Assembly (NCBI RefSeq): GCF_000012805.1
Contig: NC_007484.1
Coordinates: 1,290,001 to 1,322,000, forward strand
Source: Nitrosococcus oceani ATCC 19707
GTDB lineage: Bacteria > Pseudomonadota > Gammaproteobacteria > Nitrosococcales > Nitrosococcaceae
DNA length: 32,000 nt
Direction: 5' to 3'
The notes below the pieces were generated by a model. The model saw only the letters and a program-made list of their open reading frames with translations. It did no database searches and was not told the DNA's origin. This document shows, piece by piece, positions 15,820-22,359 of this stretch. The first letter of the stretch is position 1, and each line of letters begins with the position of its first letter. Made by a program: the position numbers and the translations under genes.

Positions 15820-17110
15820 TATAATTTCTTTATGGAAATTGTACGCACGACTAAAACCCGGCTGGATTGGGACGTAGCAGCGGCGAAGCGCACTGTTGAG
15901 GCGTGGTCGGCAGCATGCAATGACATCAGCCAGCAGGCTTTCGCTCAGGGCTGTCTTTCCAATACCGTGCGTTTGCATCGGCTGGTTTATAGGGATATTC
16001 GCACCCGTTTTGGGCTTTCCGCCCAGGTGGCGCAGAATGCGATTCGTCACGTGGCGAGCAAGTATGCCGGTGCGCGAATAAAAAAGATTCAACTCAAGCG
16101 TCCTGTCACCTTTTCCAAACAGTGTGCGGTCGCCCTTCAAGGCGGTGAGCGTGGCCGTGACTTTGGTTTTAGGCACAAGGGCGTCAGCCTCTGGACCGTG
16201 GACGGGCGTATCAAAGGCCTTCCCTTCCACGGCGAACCTCGCCTTTGTGAATACCTTTCTGAGTGGAAGATGGGTGATGGGCGTTTGTTCATCGGCAAGG
16301 GCAAAGTGTACTTGTCGATTTCTTTTAAGCGCGAAGTCGAGACTGTCTTCAAGCCCAACGATGCCGTGGTCGGCGTAGACCGAGGTATCCGCGTATTGGC
16401 GACCGTCACCGACGGCCAACGCCAGCTTTTCTTCGGTGGCGGACACACCCACCATGTGCGCAACCGTTACGCCAAAACCCGCGCTTCTCTCCAAAAGAAA
16501 AAGGCACGAACGGGTAGCCGCTCCACGCGGCGCACCCTGAAACGGTTGTCTGGCCGAGAGCGACGCTTTATGAGAAACGATAACCACGTGATGAGTCGTC
16601 GTATCGTTGATTTTTCCAGGGACACGGGCAATCCAACGATTGCCGTAGAAGACCTAGGCGGTATCCGCAACGGGCGCAAACTTAGAAAGCAACAGCGCAC
16701 GGATCTCAACCGCTGGGCCTTTTATGAGTTGGAGCAATTTATCCGTTACAAGGCGGACACCTTTGGTATGGAGGTGATCGGGGTTGACCCGAAGTACACC
16801 AGTCAGGGCTGTTCCCGCTGTGGTCATACTGAAAAAGATAATCGACATCAACATCGGTTCCTCTGCAAAGCGTGTGGTTATGAACTACACGCTGATTTAA
16901 ATGCCTCTCGCAATATTCGCCTGAGAGGTATCCTGGCAAGGCAAGTTCTTTGCGAGGATGGGTCGCTGTCATGCGGCCCTGAAGCACGGCTCGTTGATCC
17001 AGGCTCGAAACCTGGGGAGGGCGCGGGCAAGCCGTCTGCTTTAGCTGTGACGGTACATGACTAACTTCTCTTGGCAGGGAACTTCTATTTTGGTTACACT
17101 GTCTCACTTA
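15740..17110 (+). mobile_element. IS1341-like (tnpB-only) IS200/IS605-family element between smpB and ssrA; ends approximate
   Basis: Two sub-terminal hairpins share a loop on the same strand: ctgcc-tgctttagct-ggcag (15748..15767) and ccgtc-tgctttagctgt-gacgg (17032..17053). This is the LE/RE architecture of this family. A related motif, tggcagggg-aatt / tggcaggga-actt, follows at 15762 and 17072. No tnpA is present. Confidence 0.5.
15832..17064 (+). CDS. tnpB: TnpB (IS200/IS605-family OrfB RNA-guided endonuclease), apparently intact
   Basis: It is 410 aa. It has RuvC-I VVGVDRGI, RuvC-II IAVEDLGG, the zinc ribbon CSRCG...CKACG, and RuvC-III HADLNASRNI. Confidence 0.9.
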   Translation: MEIVRTTKTRLDWDVAAAKRTVEAWSAACNDISQQAFAQGCLSNTVRLHRLVYRDIRTRFGLSAQVAQNAIRHVASKYAGARIKKIQLKRPVTFSKQCAVALQGGERGRDFGFRHKGVSLWTVDGRIKGLPFHGEPRLCEYLSEWKMGDGRLFIGKGKVYLSISFKREVETVFKPNDAVVGVDRGIRVLATVTDGQRQLFFGGGHTHHVRNRYAKTRASLQKKKARTGSRSTRRTLKRLSGRERRFMRNDNHVMSRRIVDFSRDTGNPTIAVEDLGGIRNGRKLRKQQRTDLNRWAFYELEQFIRYKADTFGMEVIGVDPKYTSQGCSRCGHTEKDNRHQHRFLCKACGYELHADLNASRNIRLRGILARQVLCEDGSLSCGPEARLVDPGSKPGEGAGKPSALAVTVHD

Positions 17111-17216
17111 GAGTAAGTTGGAAGGGCTGATGGGTTTCTGCTGAAAGGCAGCGATACAGTTTTCTACCAAATGGTGTCAGCCATAGCAACAAGGTTTTTC
17201 TTAAAACAATTCCTGA

Positions 17217-17577
17217 GGGGGCGACCTGGCTTCGACGCGGGTAGCAAAACCTAAGGGGCATGCCGAGGTGCAGTGACCTCGTTAATCACGCTGCAACATT
17301 ATAGTTGCCAACGACGACAACTACGCACTCGCTGCTTAAAACCCAGTAGGGTGCCGTCTGACTGAAGCCGTGCTTGTGCGTTCAGATTTCAGGCGTCGAT
17401 TCTCACAAGATCGCGGTGAAGTTCTCCCAGGGCAGACCCGCTAAAACTTTACTGGGATCGCCGTATGTTTTCCTTGCCCGTCGGGTAGCATGCGGTTAAA
17501 TTAATGACTGGGCTATGCATGTAGAACCGAAGGCGGAGTACTTGTGGACGCGGGTTCGATTCCCGCCGCCTCCACCA
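17217..17577 (+). ncRNA. ssrA: tmRNA (SsrA), tag reading frame 17307..17339 encoding ANDDNYALAA*
   Basis: The 5' end is GGGGGCGACCUGGCUUCGACGCGGG and the 3' end is GGACGCGGGUUCGAUUCCCGCCGCCUCCACCA. The acceptor stem GGGGGCG/CGCCUCC carries the G3.U pair. The resume codon GCC is followed by AAC GAC GAC AAC TAC GCA CTC GCT GCT TAA. Confidence 0.97.
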
Positions 17578-17581
17578 ATTG

Positions 17582-17683
17582 AACATCCAGCGAAATCCAG
17601 AAACATCCTAAAACCCGCGTAACAGCGGGTTTTTTTATGGGTTTTTGTTTTCTCGGAGGGCCAGCAACATCCATCGACATCCA
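17582..17683 (+). repeat. cluster of five direct A(A/C)ATCC(A) repeats between ssrA and the integrase remnant (candidate integrase arm-type sites / attL)
   Basis: The copies are aacatcca 17582..17589, aaatcca 17593..17599, aacatcc 17602..17608, aacatcca 17666..17673 and gacatcca 17676..17683. Confidence 0.5.
17611..17637 (+). terminator. rho-independent terminator downstream of ssrA
   Basis: The hairpin aaacccgc-gtaaca-gcgggt is followed by a T run (17631..17636). Confidence 0.7.
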
Positions 17684-17715
17684 GGGGCAACCTTGGGGGC
17701 AAGCGAGTTGCCCCC

Positions 17716-18486
17716 ATGCCACTGACAGATACTACGATTCGTAACGCCAAGCCTGGTGATAAGGCCAAAAAGCTGTTTGACAGTGGTGGGTTGTATCTGG
17801 AAGTTGCCCCCAGCGGGGGTAAGTGGTGGCGATTGAAGTACCGCTTTGGGGGCAAGGAGAAACGGCTGTCCCTGGGCGTGTATCCCGAGGTGTCACTGAA
17901 GGATGCTCGCGAGCGGCGCGATGAGGCCCGTAAACTGCTGGCCAATGAAATTGATCCCAGCGAGAACCGTAGGGCCAAGAAGGCCGCAAGGGAAGAGCGG
18001 GTGGCTAACAGTTTTGAGGTGGTAGCGCGGGAATGGTTTGCCAAGCATGTCCCCAACTGGTCGGAAAGTCATGGCGACCGGATTATCCGCCGGATTGAGC
18101 GGCGGGGGGCTTTGGAAACCGTCCACCGTGCCTTGAGCAATTGCGGGCAGGTGTTTCGGCTATGCTATTGCCACTGGCCGCGCTGCGCGCGATCCTTCTC
18201 AAGACCTGCGGGGCGCCTTGCCGCCGGTTTAAGAGTCAACACTTTGCAGCTGTCACCGAACCGAAAGAGATTGCCGAGATCCTGAGGGCCATTGGCAGCT
18301 ATGTATGAAGGCACTCTCACTGTGCGCTGCGCCCTGCGTCTTGCGCCGCTGGTTTTCGTGCGGCCCGGTGAACTGCGCAAGGCCGAGTGGGTTGACATTG
18401 ACTTGGATGCCGCCGAGTGGCGTTATACCGTTACCAAGACCAATACGCCCCATCGGTTCAAGCTGAAAATGCCGGGTCCCGCATAA
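17716..18486 (+). pseudogene. int: P4-type (DUF4102-containing) tyrosine integrase, multiply frameshifted and lacking the catalytic domain
   Basis: The N-terminus MPLTDTTIRNAKPGDKAKKLFDSGGLYLEVAPSGGKWWRLKYRFGGKEKRLSLGVYPEVSLKDAR is typical. The sequence continues in other frames as VFRYAIATGRAARDPSQDLRGALPPV*, SQHFAAVTEPKEIAEILRAIGSY and GTLTVRCALRLAPLVFVRPGELRKAEW. It breaks off after ..TKTNTPH, before the R..HxxR..Y catalytic residues. Confidence 0.85.
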
Positions 18487-18566
18487 CAGACGGAATGTTG
18501 GGCAGTGGCGATCAGCTCAGCAATACGGCTTGAGGAGAGGCGGCAAAATAATGGCTCTGTGTTCAT

Positions 18567-20066
18567 TTATTCTTGATTTCCCCCTGCCGCCAGCCCCGCC
18601 AGCACTTCCCGGAAGCTATTCAGGCCCGCTTCCAGGTTCTCGATGATCTCTTCCGCCAATTCCTCGGGCTCGGGGAGATTGTCGAGATCCGTCAGGCTTT
18701 TATCCTTGAGCCAGAATAGATCCAGGCTAGTCTTGTCCCGAGCGGCCAGCGTCTCATAATTGAATTTGCGCCAGCGGCCTTCCGGGTTTTTTTCCCCATG
18801 CCAGCTCTCCCGGCGTTCATGCCGGTTCGTTGGATGATAGCAGGCGATGAACTCGGCCAGGTCCTCATAGCGCATGGGCTTCTTTTTCAGGGTGTGGTGG
18901 ACATTGGTGCGATAGTCGTAGTACCACACTTCCTTCGTCCACGGGTGCGGACTGGCCTCCCGGTTATCGAAAAAGAGCACATTAGCCTTGACCCCATGGG
19001 CATAGAAGATACCGGTGGGGAGCCGTAGGATGGTATGCAGATCGGTATTTTCCAGTAGCTTGCGGCGGATCGTTTCGCCGGCCCCGCCCTCGAACAGCAC
19101 ATTATCCGGCACCACCACGGCCGCCTTGCCGGTAGTCTTGAGCAGGGTGCGAATGTGCTGAACGAAGTTGAGCTGCTTATTGGAAGTGGTGGCCCAGAAG
19201 TCCTGGCGGTTGTAGGTCAGATCGTCGCTCTCCTGCTCTCCCTCCTCGTTGGTGAAGCTCATGGCGCTCTTTTTGCCGAAGGGCGGATTGGCCAGCACAT
19301 AATCATAGCTCTGGCCGCTGGGGGCCACCAGGGCGTCATTAGGGGAGATGGCGCTCTCCCCGTCGATTTCCCCAATGTGGTGCAGGAACATATTCATCAG
19401 GCACAAGCGCCGGGTATTGGCGACGATCTCGTTGCCGTGGAAGGTCTCGTGCTTGAGAAAATGCTTCTGGGCCTTATCCAGGGAATAGTGCTTGGGATCG
19501 CTCAGGAAATCGTAGGCGGCGAGGAAAAACCCGCCGGTGCCACAGGCTGGATCAGCGATGGTCCTGTCCGGCTCGGGGCGCACGCACTCGACGATGGCCT
19601 TAATCAAGGCGCGGGGGGTAAAATACTGGCCCGCCCCGGATTTGGTGTCCTCGGCGTTTTTCTCCAGCAAACCTTCGTAGATATCGCCCTTGATGTCGGC
19701 CCCCATCATGACCCATTGGACGCCGTCCACCATTTTGATGAGGCGGTAGAGTTTGGCCGGGTCCTGGATTTTGTTCTGGGCCTTGGTAAAGATTTGCCCG
19801 AGCATCCCCGGCCGCGCGCCCAGCGCTCGCAGCAACGCGATATAGTGTCCTTCCAGCTCCGCCCCCCGCTTGGTCTTGAGGCTCTGCCAGTTATATTCCG
19901 GCGGAATCCCCACCTCGCGGCGATAGGGCGGTTGGCTGTATTCGTCCGCCATCTTGAGGAAAATGAGGTAGGTGAGCTGTTCCAGGTAATCCCCATAACC
20001 CACGCCGTCGTCGCGCAGGGTAGTGCAGAAGCTCCAGACCTTGGAGATGATGGAGGCGGTGTTCAT
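18567..20066 (-). CDS. hsdM: type I restriction-modification system, N6-adenine DNA methyltransferase subunit
   Basis: It has an HsdM N-terminal domain (LRDDGVGYGDYLEQLTYLIFLK), the AdoMet motif DPACGTGGF, and the catalytic NPPFG. Its ATG overlaps the hepT stop (ATGA at 20063..20066). Confidence 0.95.
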   Translation of the reverse strand: MNTASIISKVWSFCTTLRDDGVGYGDYLEQLTYLIFLKMADEYSQPPYRREVGIPPEYNWQSLKTKRGAELEGHYIALLRALGARPGMLGQIFTKAQNKIQDPAKLYRLIKMVDGVQWVMMGADIKGDIYEGLLEKNAEDTKSGAGQYFTPRALIKAIVECVRPEPDRTIADPACGTGGFFLAAYDFLSDPKHYSLDKAQKHFLKHETFHGNEIVANTRRLCLMNMFLHHIGEIDGESAISPNDALVAPSGQSYDYVLANPPFGKKSAMSFTNEEGEQESDDLTYNRQDFWATTSNKQLNFVQHIRTLLKTTGKAAVVVPDNVLFEGGAGETIRRKLLENTDLHTILRLPTGIFYAHGVKANVLFFDNREASPHPWTKEVWYYDYRTNVHHTLKKKPMRYEDLAEFIACYHPTNRHERRESWHGEKNPEGRWRKFNYETLAARDKTSLDLFWLKDKSLTDLDNLPEPEELAEEIIENLEAGLNSFREVLAGLAAGGNQE

Positions 20067-20410
20067 AGCTCGGTTTCACCCGCGTTGATGAGCAGGGTTC
20101 GGACGCAGGCTTCGAGTGGTGGTAAATGCTGGGTAATAACTGTCTTCACGGTAAGCGGGTCGATCTCACCCAGGTAGTTGTGTACCAGGATGTTGCGAAA
20201 ACCGCTGATCTCCCGCCAAGGGATCTCGGGACAACTCGCTTTTTTCTCTTCCGGTAGCAGCTGGGTCGCCTCGGACAAGGTTTGCAGATTGCGTAAGACC
20301 GCATCGTAAAGTACCTCATCCTGGGTGAGATCGCCGCGCGCCTCGATGCGGCGGACTTTGGCAATGGCATCGAGGATATGCTTGGCATACGGTTGCCATG
20401 ACTGGGTCAT
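20063..20410 (-). CDS. hepT: HepT (DUF86/HEPN) ribonuclease toxin
   Basis: It is 115 aa with the Rx4H HEPN motif RNILVH in ..ISGFRNILVHNYLGEID. Its ATG overlaps the mntA stop (ATGA at 20407..20410). Confidence 0.9.
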   Translation of the reverse strand: MTQSWQPYAKHILDAIAKVRRIEARGDLTQDEVLYDAVLRNLQTLSEATQLLPEEKKASCPEIPWREISGFRNILVHNYLGEIDPLTVKTVITQHLPPLEACVRTLLINAGETEL

Positions 20411-20697
20411 AGCTCTACGGCCTCTTTCAATATCTGGTCGCGAAGGTGCCTGTTGAGTTCATGTTCCGGGATCACTTCCACCCGCCGCTGGAGCAACGCC
20501 TCCAATCGCTCCGTCAAGGGCAGGCGTTGCGCGAACAGGTCATAACCCCGGGGAAACTCCACCAGAAAATCCACATCGCTATCAGGCCGTTCCTCGCCCC
20601 TGGCGACGGATCCAAAAATCCGAATGTGGCGGGCGCCATACTGACTCCCCAACGCAGCGATGGTCTCTTTTTTAGCGCGCAGCTCATCCAGTAACAT
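20407..20697 (-). CDS. mntA: MntA minimal nucleotidyltransferase antitoxin
   Basis: It is 96 aa with the GS-x9/10-D-x-D pol-beta NTase signature: FGSVARGEERPDSDVDFLVEF. A GAGGA sequence lies upstream, in the 17-nt gap after hsdS. Confidence 0.9.
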   Translation of the reverse strand: MLLDELRAKKETIAALGSQYGARHIRIFGSVARGEERPDSDVDFLVEFPRGYDLFAQRLPLTERLEALLQRRVEVIPEHELNRHLRDQILKEAVEL

Positions 20698-20714
20698 GGG
20701 GGTTCCTCATCATT

Positions 20715-22358
20715 TCATCGCCTTTCCTTTATGCTCGATCTGCCCATGAGCGCCTCGTCTGAACGTTCCTTGATCCCGGTTTTCCTGCTGGGATTCCGGC
20801 TTGCCGTCGGCTTCCGGGTACGCCGCGTTGGGTGGGGTATTTTTTCCTTCTCGGCGCGAATACGTTCCAGCAGCTTGGAGGCGGGTTCGTCTTTGGGGTC
20901 CTGGGGAACAAGCTGGCCGGAAAAAGCTTTTTTGAGGATGGATTGGCGGAGGGATTTTAATCTTTGAAAATTCTCCTCTATTTCTACCTTGACTGCTGAT
21001 ATTGACGTAAGCTGTTCTTCCAACCTCGATACAATTATTTTTTGCTCCATTAGAGAACAATAAGGAATTGCAAGAGCGCTAATGGTCGTTTGGCTTACCG
21101 TATTCTGTCCCGCACTTGATACTTTGTTTAACTCAATGTAGCGACGAACAGTCTGGGTATCGAAAAGCATTTGAATATAGCTTGGTAGCACTATTCCCTG
21201 TGGGAACCGAAACCGAATGAAATGATCGCAGTAGGCCATTACATTATCGTGTTTAAACAGTATCATTCGCCCCACTAGGTTCGGGCTGCCATTTACTCGG
21301 ATACATAAAAGATCATTCCTGCTAAGCTCATACTTCTGGATTTCTGTAGCATCGAGTTTTATAGACCTCAAATCTGAACTGTCTACTTCTTGATTTTTAA
21401 TATCAGCCAACCTAATTACAGGAATCGGTTTACCCGAGGTACCTTGTCGCTTCGCTAATCCATTTTGAGTTGATTCAAACAACTCTCGGAGTTGAATACT
21501 GATCCAGCCATTTGGGAAATTTTTAGGTATTTTGAAACTGTTAATTTTTATAGCTAAAGATTTCTTAGGCTTCCCCGGCTTCTTCCCCTCTTTCCCCGTT
21601 GCCTCCCACGCTTTAACAGCCGCCTTCCATTCCTCCAGCTGCTGCTGGTAGCGGGCTTCACGCTCCTGCTGGATGCGGGCAAGGAGCTGCTCGGGCGACT
21701 CCAGTTTGTCCTTGTTCTCCTCGCGCCATTGGGCAGTGAGCTTGCCCTCGAAGGCATGTTTGAGCACTGCTTGGCGATAGACCTTCAACTGCTCGCGGGC
21801 GGTCTTGAGGCTTTCGATGCCTTTATCCAGCTCGGAGAAGAGTTCCTCGATTTTAGCGACGATGCGCTGTTGTTCGTTGTACGGCGGTAATCCTAGCGGC
21901 AGTGCTTCAATATCTTTTGCACTGATATTTTGAACGGCCATGCCTTTTGCCTGGCGAATTAGCTCACCTTCAATACTTGACAGATAAAGGCCAAAAAAAC
22001 GTGAATCCATTTGAGATTCGTCAAATACTTCAATCTTCCCTGTCCGCTGATTTTGGAGTGCTGGAAAACCGTTTTTATAACGGCACACTTTCCCAATGGC
22101 ACCAGACATTCCGATAAGAATATCTCCCTTGTTGATTACATACTGAGCGAATCGTTCTAGATATTCGGCTGGAAGATACACCGCCTCGCCAATATTGACT
22201 GCAGTCCCAATTAGCTGAGATTGCCTGATCAATGGAACGTCGCAATCATGCGTCTTGGTTTTCTTGAAGGCAGAGCTCCTGAATGCATACCCATTTCGAA
22301 TTCGCGCTATATCTCCGAATCGACAAAACACCCACCCGGTTGGCTGTGAGGTTTGCAT
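20715..22358 (-). CDS. hsdS: type I restriction-modification system specificity subunit (two TRDs, two conserved coiled-coil repeats)
   Basis: Each half ends with the conserved repeat (EQQRIVAKIEELFSELD..LKVYRQAVLKHAFEGKL and EQKIIVSRLEEQL..LKSLRQSILKKAFSGQLV), followed by a ..LL.RI..E.. tail. The start is 1 nt after the hsdR stop. Confidence 0.9.
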   Translation of the reverse strand: MQTSQPTGWVFCRFGDIARIRNGYAFRSSAFKKTKTHDCDVPLIRQSQLIGTAVNIGEAVYLPAEYLERFAQYVINKGDILIGMSGAIGKVCRYKNGFPALQNQRTGKIEVFDESQMDSRFFGLYLSSIEGELIRQAKGMAVQNISAKDIEALPLGLPPYNEQQRIVAKIEELFSELDKGIESLKTAREQLKVYRQAVLKHAFEGKLTAQWREENKDKLESPEQLLARIQQEREARYQQQLEEWKAAVKAWEATGKEGKKPGKPKKSLAIKINSFKIPKNFPNGWISIQLRELFESTQNGLAKRQGTSGKPIPVIRLADIKNQEVDSSDLRSIKLDATEIQKYELSRNDLLCIRVNGSPNLVGRMILFKHDNVMAYCDHFIRFRFPQGIVLPSYIQMLFDTQTVRRYIELNKVSSAGQNTVSQTTISALAIPYCSLMEQKIIVSRLEEQLTSISAVKVEIEENFQRLKSLRQSILKKAFSGQLVPQDPKDEPASKLLERIRAEKEKIPHPTRRTRKPTASRNPSRKTGIKERSDEALMGRSSIKERR

Positions 22359-22359
22359 G

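Noticed and set aside
15811-16587. A 258-aa minus-strand ORF overlapping the smpB end and the tnpB start.
   Set aside because: It is antisense to an intact TnpB gene with all catalytic motifs. It has no motif or RBS of its own.
17496-18056. A 186-aa minus-strand ORF spanning the tmRNA 3' end and the integrase N-terminus.
   Set aside because: It overlaps a certain RNA gene and the sense frame of the integrase remnant. It has no independent support.
19155-20177. A 340-aa plus-strand ORF.
   Set aside because: It is antisense to hsdM and hepT. It is a Gly/Leu/Val-rich translation typical of the reverse frame of a GC-rich gene.
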